Positions 18,900 to 29,373 of a DNA stretch of 64,000 nucleotides are shown piece after piece. The translations under genes were made by a program, and so were the position numbers. The stretch lies in the NCBI GenBank assembly GCA_964441275.1, contig CAYTUG010000010.1, positions 6,684 through 70,683 on the forward strand, in the 5' to 3' direction. Numbering within the stretch: position 1 is the stretch's first letter; the number at the start of each line of letters is the position of its first letter. Origin of the DNA: an uncultured Christensenellaceae bacterium (GTDB taxonomy: Bacteria; Bacillota; Clostridia; Christensenellales; SZUA-584). The notes under the pieces are model-generated. The model saw only the letters and a program-made list of their open reading frames with translations, did not search any database and was not told where the DNA came from.

Positions 18900-19861
18900 T
18901 ATTTGTTGCCCATAAGCAGCGCCATGACGGCCTTTTGAGTATGCAGCCTGTTTTCCGCCTCGTCAAACACAACGCTGTGAGGCCCGTCTATTATTTCTGC
19001 TGACACTTCTTCGCCGCGGTGGGCGGGCAGACAGTGCATGAATATATAATCCTTTTTGCATACGCTTAGAAGCTTTGAGTTTACCTGAAAACCCGTAAAG
19101 TGCTTATATTTTTGCAGGGCGTTTTTCTCTTCGCCCATACTTGCCCATACATCTGTGTATACCGCATCCGCGTTTTGCACTGCTTCTCTCGGGTCGTTCG
19201 TTACAATGATATCAGCGCCGCTTATTTGCGCCTCCCGCTTTGCTTTGCGCAGCACATCTGCATCGGGACCAAACCCTGAAGGACAACCGAGCGATATATC
19301 AAGCCCAAGCTTGGCGCATATTGTAATAAGCGAATTGGCAACATTATTTCCATCGCCGACATAAGCGATTTTGCCGCGGAAACAATGCTTGTTTTCGTAA
19401 TATGTCATTAAATCGGCAAGCGCCTGGCAAGGATGCAGCAAATCAGTAAGCCCGTTTATCACGGGTATGCTTCCGTGTCTTGCAAGCTCTTCAACGTCGG
19501 ATTGAGCGAATGTGCGTATCATCACGCCGTCCACCATGCGGGAGAGAACTTTTGCGGTATCGGATATGGGTTCGCCCCTGCCCAATTGAATATCGTTGCT
19601 GTTTAGAAACTGGGCGGTGCCGCCAAGCTGATAGATGCCGGCTTCAAAAGAAACCCGGGTTCGGGTTGAACTTTTTGCAAATATCATAGCTAAAATCTTT
19701 CCGCTTAAAATAGGCGGCAGAACGCCTTGTTTTTTTTGTTCTTTCAGTTTTATGGCAAGGCTTATTAAGTTTAGAATTTCGTCTTTTGAATAACCCGAAA
19801 GCGAAACAAGATGTTTTTGCGTAAACGGCTTTAAAGGCTTGTATTCTGACAAATCAGTCAT
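18899..19861 (-). CDS. argF: Ornithine carbamoyltransferase
   Basis: SSTRTRVSF, HPCQALAD, FMHCLPAHRGEE, EAENRLH. Confidence 0.97.
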   Translation of the reverse strand: MTDLSEYKPLKPFTQKHLVSLSGYSKDEILNLISLAIKLKEQKKQGVLPPILSGKILAMIFAKSSTRTRVSFEAGIYQLGGTAQFLNSNDIQLGRGEPISDTAKVLSRMVDGVMIRTFAQSDVEELARHGSIPVINGLTDLLHPCQALADLMTYYENKHCFRGKIAYVGDGNNVANSLITICAKLGLDISLGCPSGFGPDADVLRKAKREAQISGADIIVTNDPREAVQNADAVYTDVWASMGEEKNALQKYKHFTGFQVNSKLLSVCKKDYIFMHCLPAHRGEEVSAEIIDGPHSVVFDEAENRLHTQKAVMALLMGNK

Positions 19862-19975
19862 TTTGATTATCCTTTCAAATATTCATTTCCCGGTGTATGC
19901 GTTTGCTCAATTGCTAAAATCGCTTTGGGCGGAACCAAATTTGTTAACAGGTTACTTGCTTGAAGGCGTTTTATA

Positions 19976-21166
19976 TTAAACGGATTCAAGCAATGATTGC
20001 AGCGCATCGCACAATTTATCAATATGAATGCTTCTGATTGTGTAGGGCGGCAAAAATCGAAGTACGTTTTGGCCCGCGGTTGCGGTGACAAAACCTTTTC
20101 TCAACAGCGATATTTGCACTGCTTTGGCGCTTAAAGTTTCACCCAAGCGAATTCCAAGCATGAGCCCCCTGCCCCTAACATCGAGTATATGGCAGCAGTT
20201 TTGCGTTATATCAATCAGTTTTTGCTTAAAATATGCGCCCATATTTGTTACATTATCCATGATGTTTGTGTGCACCAACTTTTCGGTAACGTATAATGCT
20301 GCGGCGGAGGCAAGATAGTTGCCGCCGAATGTTGAACCGTGATCTCCTGTGCAAAGCGCCTGCGCAGCCTCGCCGCGCGCCAAGAAAGCGCCAACCGGAA
20401 TTCCGCTTCCTAACGACTTGGCAAGCACAACAACATCGGGAAGCGCGCCTAAAGAGGGGGAAGCTAAAAGCTCTCCTGTGCGGCCCATGCCGGTTTGGAT
20501 TTCGTCCGCTATCATAAGAGCGCCATATTTGTCGCAAATATTTCTGACGGCGCAAAAATATTCCGGCTCAATCTCTATTATCCCGCCTTCGCCTAATATT
20601 GGCTCTATTATAACTGCGGCGGTTTTTTCGCTTACTGCATTTTCAAGAGCGCAAATATTGTTGGGTGAGACATAATCAAAGTCGAATATCAGAGGCTCGA
20701 ACGCTGTATGAAATTTTTGTTGGCCTGTTGCCGCAAGCGTTGCTAATGTGCGGCCATGAAAACTTTGGCGCATAGACACAAAATGCGTGCGCGGCTGTGC
20801 GCTATGGTATTTGCGCGCGAGTTTTAATGCGCCTTCCATTGCTTCGGCGCCGCTGTTAGCTAAAAACACATTATCATACCCGGTTTGTTCGCATATTAGC
20901 CTTGCAAACATAGCTTGTTTTTCGCTATAAAAATAATTTGAAGTATGCATAAGGCTGTTTATTGTATCACATAGTGCTTTTTTAAAGCCCCGGTCGGAAT
21001 AACCAAGGCAGTTAACCGCTATGCCTGACAAGAAGTCGATATAGCGGCCGCCTATGCCGTCAAACAAAAACACATCTTCCGCGTCCACAAAATGTACTGG
21101 CATTCTGCTGTCAAAGACCGGGCAATAATATTGACTGTCGATTTGCATTATTTCTTTTATGTCCAT
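19976..21166 (-). CDS. argD: Acetylornithine aminotransferase
   Basis: SGAEAMEGALKLARK, FHGRT, DEIQTGMGRTG, AKSLGSG, HGSTFGGN. Confidence 0.95.
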   Translation of the reverse strand: MDIKEIMQIDSQYYCPVFDSRMPVHFVDAEDVFLFDGIGGRYIDFLSGIAVNCLGYSDRGFKKALCDTINSLMHTSNYFYSEKQAMFARLICEQTGYDNVFLANSGAEAMEGALKLARKYHSAQPRTHFVSMRQSFHGRTLATLAATGQQKFHTAFEPLIFDFDYVSPNNICALENAVSEKTAAVIIEPILGEGGIIEIEPEYFCAVRNICDKYGALMIADEIQTGMGRTGELLASPSLGALPDVVVLAKSLGSGIPVGAFLARGEAAQALCTGDHGSTFGGNYLASAAALYVTEKLVHTNIMDNVTNMGAYFKQKLIDITQNCCHILDVRGRGLMLGIRLGETLSAKAVQISLLRKGFVTATAGQNVLRFLPPYTIRSIHIDKLCDALQSLLESV

Positions 21167-21170
21167 TGGT

Positions 21171-22034
21171 TTACTCCTTTACCATTGTGCCTATACCGGT
21201 ATCGGTAAATATCTCAAGTATTATCGGGTGAGGAATAGTGCCGTTTAATATATGTGTGCGTTTCACGCCGCCTTTTATTGCCCTTATGCAGCTTTCAACT
21301 TTAGGCAGCATTCCTTTGCTTATTGCTCCGGTATTTATGTATTTGTATATTTCATCGATAGATATTTCGAATAAAAGAGAATCAGGGTCTTTTGGATCGC
21401 TCAATATTCCGTCTATATCGGTAAGAAAGATCAGTTTTTCCGCCTTTAATGCCGCCGCAATTTCGCCGGCTACGGTATCGGCGTTTATGTTATACGATTC
21501 GCCGCCTTCACCGATGCCCACAGGCGCGATTACGGGAATGTATTCGTCTTGAACGAGAGTGTTTAACAGTTTAGTGTTAATGGCTGTTATGCTGCCAACC
21601 TGGCCCAAATCGGCGCCGTCGCCGGCCAACAGTTTCTCGGCGCAAATAAGCCCTGCGTCTTGGCCGCAAAGGCCTATTGCTTTTGCGCCCGCAAAGCCAA
21701 GTTGCGATACTATGCCTTTGTTAATCTTTCCGGTAAGCACCATCTGAACAATCTCCATCGTCGCGGCGTCCGTTACCCTAAGCCCATTGTGAAACTTTGA
21801 CTCTATGCCGTATAAAGAGAGAAGATGGTTTATATCGGCGCCTCCGCCGTGTACAACGATTGGGCGTATCCCGACAAATTTGAGCAGCGTGATATCTTGC
21901 ATAATCTTTTCGGACAGCTCTTTTGTCAGCATTGCCGCACCGCCGTATTTTATGACTACAGTTTTGCCCGACAGCCGCCTTATATATGGAAGCGCTTCTA
22001 TAAGTATGTTTGCTTTTTTATAATATTTATCCAT
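21171..22034 (-). CDS. argB: Acetylglutamate kinase
   Basis: VIKYGGAAM, VVHGGG, YNINADTVAG, GMLPKV. Confidence 0.97.
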   Translation of the reverse strand: MDKYYKKANILIEALPYIRRLSGKTVVIKYGGAAMLTKELSEKIMQDITLLKFVGIRPIVVHGGGADINHLLSLYGIESKFHNGLRVTDAATMEIVQMVLTGKINKGIVSQLGFAGAKAIGLCGQDAGLICAEKLLAGDGADLGQVGSITAINTKLLNTLVQDEYIPVIAPVGIGEGGESYNINADTVAGEIAAALKAEKLIFLTDIDGILSDPKDPDSLLFEISIDEIYKYINTGAISKGMLPKVESCIRAIKGGVKRTHILNGTIPHPIILEIFTDTGIGTMVKE

Positions 22035-23060
22035 TCAAAAATACCACCCCGTATTATTTAAACCTTCGCACTCGTCAAACCCGCAAATCAAGTTTAAGTT
22101 TTGTATGGCGCAACCGGCCGCGCCTTTTATCAGATTATCAAGACAGGAGACTACCACCAACCGGTTTGCGCGCTTGTCTAAAACAAAGCCTATTGCGCAG
22201 TTGTTGCTTCCGGTTACGTGTTTGATTTCGGGTATGCCTTGCTTGTACACGCTTATAAAGGGCTCGTCATCATACATTGAATATGCACCATATATTCCCT
22301 CCTCATCAACCTGGGGAGTTAAATAAATAGTACATATTATACCCCGGTTTATGGGCAGCAGATGCGGCGTAAACGAGATTATAACATCTCTGCCCGCGGC
22401 AAGAGAGATTTCCTGCTCTATTTCCGAAGTGTGACGATGCGCGGCGATTGCATATGCTTTCACAGATTCGTTAACCTCGCAAAAAGACAGTTCCAACTTT
22501 CCGCTGCGCCCGGCGCCGCTTACACCCGATTTGGCGTCAACTATTATCCCGGTGTGCCGCACGACGCCCGCTTTTAAAAGCGGATAAATGGCGAGTATTG
22601 CGCATGAAGCATAGCATCCGGGATTTCCTATTAATTTCGCTTTTTTTATGGTTTCCCTATAGATTTCGGGTAACCCGAATACGCTTTGCGACAAAAGGCT
22701 TTTGGCCGGATGTATCGTTTTGTACCACTCTTCATATAAACCGGAGTCCTTATATCTAAAATCGGCGGATAAATCTATAACCTTAACACCTTTTTGAATT
22801 AAATCCGGCACAACCTTATAAGATTCCCCGTGGGGTAAGCATGTAAATACGATGTCGCTGTCAGAGCATATTTTATCGTATTGCAAATCTTTCAGAGCAA
22901 AGTCGTTTTGAACAAAGTTTTTATATATGCATGAAATATTGCTTCCCGAAAAACTTTTCGATATTGCGTGAGAAATATGTACCTCTTTGTGGCCTGATAA
23001 AAGCCTCATTAGCTCCGCACCCGCATATCCTGTTGCGCCTATTACGCTGACTTTAACCAA
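22035..23060 (-). CDS. argC: N-acetyl-gamma-glutamyl-phosphate reductase
   Basis: VIGATGYAGAEL, IDLSADFR, GNPGCY, DAKSGVSGAG, DNLIKGAAG; TTG start at 23060 behind AAGGAGG. Confidence 0.97.
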   Translation of the reverse strand: MVKVSVIGATGYAGAELMRLLSGHKEVHISHAISKSFSGSNISCIYKNFVQNDFALKDLQYDKICSDSDIVFTCLPHGESYKVVPDLIQKGVKVIDLSADFRYKDSGLYEEWYKTIHPAKSLLSQSVFGLPEIYRETIKKAKLIGNPGCYASCAILAIYPLLKAGVVRHTGIIVDAKSGVSGAGRSGKLELSFCEVNESVKAYAIAAHRHTSEIEQEISLAAGRDVIISFTPHLLPINRGIICTIYLTPQVDEEGIYGAYSMYDDEPFISVYKQGIPEIKHVTGSNNCAIGFVLDKRANRLVVVSCLDNLIKGAAGCAIQNLNLICGFDECEGLNNTGWYF

Positions 23061-23085
23061 AGGTTCGCCCTCCTTAAAATATGTG

Positions 23086-23119
23086 CTTATAAATATACAA
23101 CATAATGTATAAAAATGCA
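23086..23119. promoter_or_regulatory. Tandem ARG boxes (ArgR/AhrC operator) upstream of argC
   Basis: TGTATAAAAATGCA (23106-23119) and CTTATAAATATACA (23086-23099), 20-bp period, resemble the ARG-box consensus. Confidence 0.7.
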
Positions 23120-23197
23120 ACATCTTTTTTAAGAATACTGTGCTTATTTTTCTGCCAAACTAAAATTGAAAAAGCACATTTTTAAGGGGGCGTCTGA

Positions 23198-24373
23198 TTG
23201 AAAAAAGCAATTCTATTGGTGGCAGTATTGGTTTTTATAACTGCAGGTTGGTTTTTATTCTTAGGTGACGGCGAAACGCAGACATTTGTAACGGTTTACA
23301 TAACAAGGTACATAGATCTTGAAAATACATTGGAATTTTCGGGAGAAGTCTGCCCGGCAGCAAAGTACAATGTTATGAGCGAGACGGGCGGGACGGTTTG
23401 CAATCTGAAAGTTTTTGAGGGCGAAGCGGTTAAAGCAGGCGATACGTTGTTTGTGCTTGATGATGCGGATTTGAAAACCCAGCTAAAAGAGGCGCGGTTG
23501 CGCGCAAGCATTCTTGGCGAGATCAATTCTAAAACGGTGTTAGCTCAAAAGAGCGGGGGAGTTGCGGCGGACAAGGCTAAACTTGCGATTGCGCTCTCAC
23601 AGACCGTCGGGTACGATTACGATTCTTTAAACCAAGCGTTTGGCAGCGATGCGGCACAGCAGATACAGCAGGCAAGCGCATCTTTGGCTGAAAGCCTTTC
23701 GGGGCTTGGTATAAATACATCGGACGACGGCAGTGTAACTACCGCCCAGATTGAGCTTGCCGATGTGGAAATACAGCGGCTTGAAAAGCTAATTGACAAC
23801 ATGAGTATAAGAAGCAAAATAAAAGGCACCGTAATTGCTGTAAATATTAACGAAGGGGAAGTGCTGCCGCCCGGTTTGCCCGCAATGGTTGTTGCGGACA
23901 CAGACAGGTTTATAATAACGGGTTTTGTTTACGAGAAAGATGTGCAGGATCTGGAGGCCGGTATGGACGTTTGTATAATTGCAGATGAAAAAACGTATAA
24001 AGGAAAGATTAAAAGGGTGGGGGTTTCGGCTTTAGGGCAGGAAGGAAGCGCATCGGCGTTTGATTCTATGGCTAAAATTGAGATCGAGCCGGAAGGAGAT
24101 TTTAAAAGAATGTTGGGAGCCGCCGTTGATTTAAAGATATTATTAAGCAGCAAAAATAATGTACTTTCCATACCGGTAGACTGTTTGACTTCTGACGGAT
24201 GTGTTTTTGTGTTGGATTCGGACGATACCGCGCATAGGCGCGCCATAGTTACGGGTTTTGAAGATGCGTTTTTTGTTGAGGTTTTAGACGGCGTTGAAGC
24301 AGGGGAACGGTTGGTTGTTTGCCCGAAAAATGTTAAAGATGGTGAGAAGTTAAGTTATGATAAAGGTGAATAA
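23198..24373 (+). CDS. Efflux periplasmic/membrane fusion adaptor (MacA/YknX-like)
   Basis: N-terminal TM, lipoyl-like halves VCNLKVFEGEAVKAGDTLF / IRSKIKGTVIAVNINEGE, TGFEDAFFVEVLDG. Confidence 0.85.
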   Translation: MKKAILLVAVLVFITAGWFLFLGDGETQTFVTVYITRYIDLENTLEFSGEVCPAAKYNVMSETGGTVCNLKVFEGEAVKAGDTLFVLDDADLKTQLKEARLRASILGEINSKTVLAQKSGGVAADKAKLAIALSQTVGYDYDSLNQAFGSDAAQQIQQASASLAESLSGLGINTSDDGSVTTAQIELADVEIQRLEKLIDNMSIRSKIKGTVIAVNINEGEVLPPGLPAMVVADTDRFIITGFVYEKDVQDLEAGMDVCIIADEKTYKGKIKRVGVSALGQEGSASAFDSMAKIEIEPEGDFKRMLGAAVDLKILLSSKNNVLSIPVDCLTSDGCVFVLDSDDTAHRRAIVTGFEDAFFVEVLDGVEAGERLVVCPKNVKDGEKLSYDKGE

Positions 24374-25031
24374 TTTATATAAAACCTATGGGCGCGGCGA
24401 AACATGCGTGCACGCTCTTAAAGACGTTTCGTTTATTATACCAAAAGGCGGGTTTGTCGCCGTTATGGGCCCGTCCGGCTCGGGCAAAACAACGCTTATG
24501 AATATACTCGGGTGTATAGACTCTCAAACAAGCGGGGATTATTTTTTTGCCGGCTCTGATGTGCGCAGGCTTACTGCCCAAGGAAAGGTTTATTTGAGAA
24601 ACAGGCATATAGGGTTTATATTCCAATCGTTTTACCTGCTGCCCTCGCTTACGGCTAAGCAGAATATTGAATTGCCTATGGTATACGCAGGCGTGCCAAT
24701 CAGGGAAAGACGAAAAAAATCCGCCGAACTTTTAGAGCTTACGAAGCTTTCAGACCGCGCCTCGCATTTGCCGGCGGAACTTTCGGGAGGCCAGCGCCAA
24801 AGGGTTGCTATTGCACGCGCGCTTGTCAACTCTCCAAGCCTAATACTTGCAGACGAACCCACGGGAAACCTTGACAGCCGGACGGGGGAAGAGATAATGC
24901 GCATTTTGCTCGGTTTGAACAAAAACGGCACGAGTATAGTGCTGATAACGCACGAAATTGGTGTTGCGCGGTGCGCGAAAGAAGTTGTAATACTGCGTGA
25001 CGGCAGGTTGACAAAAGGTGCGGCGTCATGA
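24357..25031 (+). CDS. ABC transporter ATP-binding protein (MacB/LolD family)
   Basis: GPSGSGKT, LSGGQRQRVAIARAL, ILADEPTGNLD. Confidence 0.95.
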   Translation: MIKVNNLYKTYGRGETCVHALKDVSFIIPKGGFVAVMGPSGSGKTTLMNILGCIDSQTSGDYFFAGSDVRRLTAQGKVYLRNRHIGFIFQSFYLLPSLTAKQNIELPMVYAGVPIRERRKKSAELLELTKLSDRASHLPAELSGGQRQRVAIARALVNSPSLILADEPTGNLDSRTGEEIMRILLGLNKNGTSIVLITHEIGVARCAKEVVILRDGRLTKGAAS

Positions 25032-26197
25032 AAATCTGGGATTATTTATATATTGCGGCGCACCAGCTTAAAAAGAACAGCCAAAGAACATTTCTTACCG
25101 TTTTAGGGATAATGATTGGGATAGCTTCCATGATAACGGTTATTTCCGTGGGCAACGGCGGGCAACAGATGATAAACGGCGAGCTTAAAAAATTCGGCAT
25201 AAACAGGGTTTGGTTCTTTTCCAACAATGTGCGGGGGCCTAAGGATATGCTTGTGCTGTCGGACGTCGGGTTGCTTGAAAACGTAAGCAACGTGAGCGAG
25301 GTTGCGCCTTCGGTATACAAAAAAAGTTTTTTGTCCGTAGGAAACAAAAAGATAGTTTCAGATGTAGTGGGCACCAGCGATTCGCTGTTTTCTATCGAAC
25401 AAACACCTTTCCTTGAAGGGCGGGCGTTATCTTCAAAAGACATTGAGTACAGCCGAAGATTTGTTGTACTAAGCCAAGATGCGAAAGACGAACTTTTTGG
25501 TGAAGAGAAAGCGGAAGGCAAAAGAGTTAGTATAAACGGCCAAAAATATACTGTTGTCGGGGTGGAAAAAGAAGAAAAGTCGATATACTCCTCTTTTTTT
25601 TCAGGCAAGTGTTATATTCCCGTTACTACTTTTAGCGCAATGTTCTCTAACAAATATATTGACGAGATATCGGTTGTTGCGGCTAATACGGCTGCGCTCG
25701 ATAACGTTATAAGCGATTGCAGCGCCTTGCTGCTCGCCAAGTACGGCAAAGGCACAATAAAGATAATAAATTTGTCGAAAGAACTTGAAAATGCCCAAAA
25801 TATACTCGATATATTTAAAACGGTTGTCGGCGCGGTTGCCGGGGTTGCGCTGCTTGTGGGCGGTATAGGCATAATGAACATAATGCTTGTAACGATAAAA
25901 GAGCGCACTCGAGAGATTGGCATACGCAAGGCGTTAGGCGCCGGAGAGCATCATATATTAGGCCAGTTTTTAGCCGAAGCTTTGTTTTATGCTATGTTCG
26001 GGGGGTTGCTCGGGCTTTTGCTCGGCGTGGCGATGACCCGCATAGCGGGCGGGATATTGGATATCAAGGCCGAGGTTTCAAAGGGCGCGGCGCTGCTTAG
26101 CGTTTTGTTTTCAGCCACCGTGGGCATAGTGTTCGGGCTCATACCGGCATACAAAGCGTCTAAGCTTGACCCGGTTGACGCGCTGCGCCATGAATAG
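25028..26197 (+). CDS. ABC transporter permease (MacB/FtsX family)
   Basis: RTFLTVLGIMIGIAS, GGIGIMNIMLVTIKERTREIGIRKALGA, PAYKASKLDPVDALR. Confidence 0.95.
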   Translation: MKIWDYLYIAAHQLKKNSQRTFLTVLGIMIGIASMITVISVGNGGQQMINGELKKFGINRVWFFSNNVRGPKDMLVLSDVGLLENVSNVSEVAPSVYKKSFLSVGNKKIVSDVVGTSDSLFSIEQTPFLEGRALSSKDIEYSRRFVVLSQDAKDELFGEEKAEGKRVSINGQKYTVVGVEKEEKSIYSSFFSGKCYIPVTTFSAMFSNKYIDEISVVAANTAALDNVISDCSALLLAKYGKGTIKIINLSKELENAQNILDIFKTVVGAVAGVALLVGGIGIMNIMLVTIKERTREIGIRKALGAGEHHILGQFLAEALFYAMFGGLLGLLLGVAMTRIAGGILDIKAEVSKGAALLSVLFSATVGIVFGLIPAYKASKLDPVDALRHE

Positions 26198-26304
26198 CAT
26201 TTTAAGACAAACAAAGCGATTGTTTGTTGCAAAGCTGTGCATAAAATCGGAATTGAAAAATTTATAAAACCCCAATATAGTTTTTGCCCCGGTTTATAAT
26301 CGTG

Positions 26305-26802
26305 CTATTTATTTCGGATATAGGACGATTCCATATTCAGCAGGTACTTTTTTATATCTGCGCCGCCGCGATATTTGAATTTTGAAGAATTTTTGTGCAC
26401 AACCCTGTGGCACGGTATCAGTATGGGCAGTTTTATTCGTTTTAACGCCGTGCCGACGGCACGCGCCGCAAGCGGGTACCCGGCTTTTAACGCAAGCGCA
26501 GAGTAAGACAGCGTAGTTCCATAGGGTATTTGAAGGGCGGCCCGGTATACGGATTGCATAAAAGGAGTGCCGGTTATTTCAATCGGCAGCAAAAATTGTT
26601 GACGCTTGCCTTCAAAATATTCAATCATCTGCTGTGAAAACGGCAAAGAATCATCGTGCATTTGATATTGTGCGCTTATCGTTTCATCAGGAAACAACAC
26701 TCGTACTATGCGTTCGTTATTGTACAGCGCCGCAAGCACTCCGATGGGAGTTTTTACACGGCATATAAAGCGCAATGCGTTTGATTTGTTGTCTGTGCTC
26801 AT
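26305..26802 (-). CDS. ogt: Methylated-DNA--protein-cysteine methyltransferase
   Basis: GTPFMQSVY..IPYGTTLSY, ARAVG, IPCHRV active site. Confidence 0.9.
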   Translation of the reverse strand: MSTDNKSNALRFICRVKTPIGVLAALYNNERIVRVLFPDETISAQYQMHDDSLPFSQQMIEYFEGKRQQFLLPIEITGTPFMQSVYRAALQIPYGTTLSYSALALKAGYPLAARAVGTALKRIKLPILIPCHRVVHKNSSKFKYRGGADIKKYLLNMESSYIRNK

Positions 26803-26923
26803 TGTTATTCAATATATACTTTTATAAACAATTTTTTTAATAATAACATGTTTGCAAACATGCGGCAACTGTTAAGGGGAAACAAAAAAGCCTCCGGTTG
26901 TTTCACGAAGGCTTTGGCAAGTC

Positions 26924-27301
26924 TTATTTCAGTTCTGCAGTTGCGCCGGCTTCCTTAAGCTTGGCAACAATTTCGTCCGCTTCTTCTTTAGAAACGTTCT
27001 CTTTAACAACGCTTGGGGCGCCGTCTACTAAATCTTTTGCTTCTTTAAGCCCAAGACCGGTGACCTCGCGAACAACTTTAATAACCTTTATCTTTTCGGC
27101 TCCGATCTCCTTAAGCCCGACATCAAATTCTGTCTTTTCTTCTTCTGCGGCGGCTGCGGAACCGGCGGCAGGGCCGGCGGCGGCAACAGCAACGGGCGCT
27201 GCGGCGCTAACGCCGAATTTGTCTTCAATTGCTTTAACAAGCTCGGAGAGCTCAAGCACCGTCATTTTTTCGATTGCTTCAAGTATTTGATTCATATCCA
27301 T
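26924..27301 (-). CDS. rplL: 50S ribosomal protein L7/L12
   Basis: [43 protein letters not shown]. Confidence 0.99.
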   Translation of the reverse strand: MDMNQILEAIEKMTVLELSELVKAIEDKFGVSAAAPVAVAAAGPAAGSAAAAEEEKTEFDVGLKEIGAEKIKVIKVVREVTGLGLKEAKDLVDGAPSVVKENVSKEEADEIVAKLKEAGATAELK

Positions 27302-27341
27302 TATTATATTCCTCCAAAATTTTAATTTGTAACCGGCACGT

Positions 27342-27872
27342 TTATGCCTGTTGTTTTTGCTCTATAACTGCGTTTAGCGCATACCCTAACTTGCATATTA
27401 TGCCCGAAAGAGAGCGGGCAAACCCGGATACCGGCGCTTGCAGGGTTGCCGCGAGCATACCCAAAAGCACTTCCCTGCTCGGCAGGTCCGCCAAACTCTT
27501 TATGCCGTTAACATCGATTACCTTTGTTCCAAGCAGACCGGCTTTTATCTGCGTCTTTTTAACTTTCTTGATAAACTCGACAATTACCTTGGCTGCTTGC
27601 GCCGCATCGGAATATCCGAATGCCACGCCTGTCGGCCCTGTGAGAGTTTCGTCAAGACCTTTGATGTCGAGCATATCAAAAGCGCGGCTGAGCAAAGCGT
27701 TTTTGATTACGCGGTATTCAACCCCCGATTCGCGGAAGTTGTTGCGCAATGCAGTTACCTCTTCAACGGTAAGACCTCTGTAGTCGTAAAAAATAATTCC
27801 CTGCGAGCGCTCGACCTTTTGCTTTATATCAAGAACCTGTTGCTTTTTTTGCGCTATTGCTTTTTCACCCAA
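27342..27872 (-). CDS. rplJ: 50S ribosomal protein L10
   Basis: [33 protein letters not shown]; TTG start at 27872 behind GGGAGG. Confidence 0.98.
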   Translation of the reverse strand: MGEKAIAQKKQQVLDIKQKVERSQGIIFYDYRGLTVEEVTALRNNFRESGVEYRVIKNALLSRAFDMLDIKGLDETLTGPTGVAFGYSDAAQAAKVIVEFIKKVKKTQIKAGLLGTKVIDVNGIKSLADLPSREVLLGMLAATLQAPVSGFARSLSGIICKLGYALNAVIEQKQQA

Positions 27873-27899
27873 AAGTTTCACCTCCCTTTTGCACCAATC

Positions 27900-28006
27900 A
27901 AAAACCCTTTTTCGCGCGGAAAGCCACACAAAAAAGGGTTGTATTTTCGTATAAACTCTCCTCGACAGGCATTAAATTTAAGCTTTACGCGCCTGTTGTC
28001 TTAGGC
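27900..28006 (-). ncRNA. L10 leader (ribosomal protein autoregulatory RNA)
   Basis: Minus strand reads CCTAAGACAACAGGC...GCCTGTCGAGG, the conserved L10-leader pattern, directly upstream of rplJ. Confidence 0.8.
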
Positions 28007-28063
28007 AGATTTTTGATTATGAAATTATGTTCTTTGCTATTTTAGCAATACAAAACCAATTTG

Positions 28064-28759
28064 TCAATTACTAAAGCGGGCAGCGTTAATTTTTATCCCC
28101 GGTCCCATCGTGGCTGAAACAACTACGCTTTTTAAATACGTACCTTTGGACGCCGGCGGCTTCGCCTTGATGACGGCTTCCATAAGCGCCTGCAAGTTTT
28201 CGGAAAGCTTTTCTTTACCGAAGCTCTTCTTGCCAATAACAACGTGGATAATCGCGGTTTTATCGACGCGGTATTCAACTTTACCCGCCTTAATGTCAGA
28301 TATTGCACGCGAAATGTCTCTTGTGACAGTGCCCGATTTGGGGTTGGGCATAAGCCCTTTCGGCCCAAGCACACGCCCGATTTTGCCAACTACGCCCATC
28401 ATATCGGGCGTGGCTACGCAAACGTCAAACTCAAACCAGTTTTCATTTTTGATTTTTTCTACTAATTCGTCCCCGCCGACATAGTCCGCACCCGCCTGCT
28501 CGGCCTCTTTCGCTAAATCGCCTTTGGCGAACACCAACACGCGCTGTACCTTTCCAGTGCCATGCGGAAGCACCAAAGCGCCTCTTACCTGCTGGTCGGC
28601 ATGGCGCGGATCAACGCCAAGGCGAATAGACACATCGATAGTTTCGTCAAAATTTGCTTTCGCGGTTTCTATCGAAAGCGCAAGCGCCTCGTCCGGGTCA
28701 TGCAGTACATTTTTATCAAAAGCCTTAAGGCTATCTTGATACTTTTTTCCTCTTTTCAT
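28064..28759 (-). CDS. rplA: 50S ribosomal protein L1
   Basis: [47 protein letters not shown]; ATG 28759 behind AGGAGG. Confidence 0.99.
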   Translation of the reverse strand: MKRGKKYQDSLKAFDKNVLHDPDEALALSIETAKANFDETIDVSIRLGVDPRHADQQVRGALVLPHGTGKVQRVLVFAKGDLAKEAEQAGADYVGGDELVEKIKNENWFEFDVCVATPDMMGVVGKIGRVLGPKGLMPNPKSGTVTRDISRAISDIKAGKVEYRVDKTAIIHVVIGKKSFGKEKLSENLQALMEAVIKAKPPASKGTYLKSVVVSATMGPGIKINAARFSN

Positions 28760-28770
28760 TATATCCTCCT

Positions 28771-28830
28771 TGTGGTTAAGCGGTCGGCAGCTTAAAAAAC
28801 CCTTTCCCGCAGCTGCGCTAACCTTCCACA
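28771..28830 (-). promoter_or_regulatory. Putative L1-binding RNA hairpin upstream of rplA
   Basis: Minus strand TGTGGAAGG...TTAACCACA closing directly before the RBS. Confidence 0.5.
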
Positions 28831-28836
28831 CTACTC

Positions 28837-29262
28837 TTAGTCGATAACTTCTACGCCCATGCTTCTTGCCGTTCCGGCAATCATACGCATTGCCGCCTCT
28901 GTGCTTGCCGCGTTAAGATCCGTTTTTTTAAGCTCGGCTATCTCTTTTAACTGAGCCTGCGTAATTTTTCCTATTTTTTTGCTGTTGGGCTCGCCGCTGC
29001 CAAGCTCGATGCCTATCGCTTTTTTGATAAGAACGGGCGCCGGCGGAGTTTTCAATATAAACGAGAACGTTCTGTCGGCATAAACCGTAATAACGACGGG
29101 TATTATATATCCCGCCTGTTTGGCTGTTCTTTCATTGAATTCTTTGCAAAACCCCATGATGTTCACAGCGTGCTGCCCGAGTGCCGGACCAACCGGCGGG
29201 GCGGGCGTTGCCTTGCCTGCAGGAATCTGCAGTTTGACGTAACCGGTAATCTTTTTTGCCAT
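28837..29262 (-). CDS. rplK: 50S ribosomal protein L11
   Basis: [31 protein letters not shown]; ATG 29262. Confidence 0.99.
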   Translation of the reverse strand: MAKKITGYVKLQIPAGKATPAPPVGPALGQHAVNIMGFCKEFNERTAKQAGYIIPVVITVYADRTFSFILKTPPAPVLIKKAIGIELGSGEPNSKKIGKITQAQLKEIAELKKTDLNAASTEAAMRMIAGTARSMGVEVID

Positions 29263-29287
29263 GGTTACACCTCCTGTTGCTAAAATT

Positions 29288-29346
29288 GTGGTACAAGCGG
29301 AATTTAAAAAACCCGCGGCACGGCCGCTTGTTGTGTTTCCTCCCAC
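29288..29346 (-). promoter_or_regulatory. Putative L1-binding RNA hairpin upstream of rplK
   Basis: Minus strand GTGGGAGG...GTACCAC before the rplK RBS, as in Firmicute rplK leaders. Confidence 0.55.
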
Positions 29347-29373
29347 TTGCTATAAAAAGAAGAAAACTTCTTT

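Noticed and set aside
27873-29346. N-terminally extended rplJ, rplA and rplK as given in the ORF track (also argC, the CI-like gene and padR elsewhere)
   Set aside because: Strong RBSs and family N-termini point to downstream starts; the extensions run through leader or regulatory RNA.
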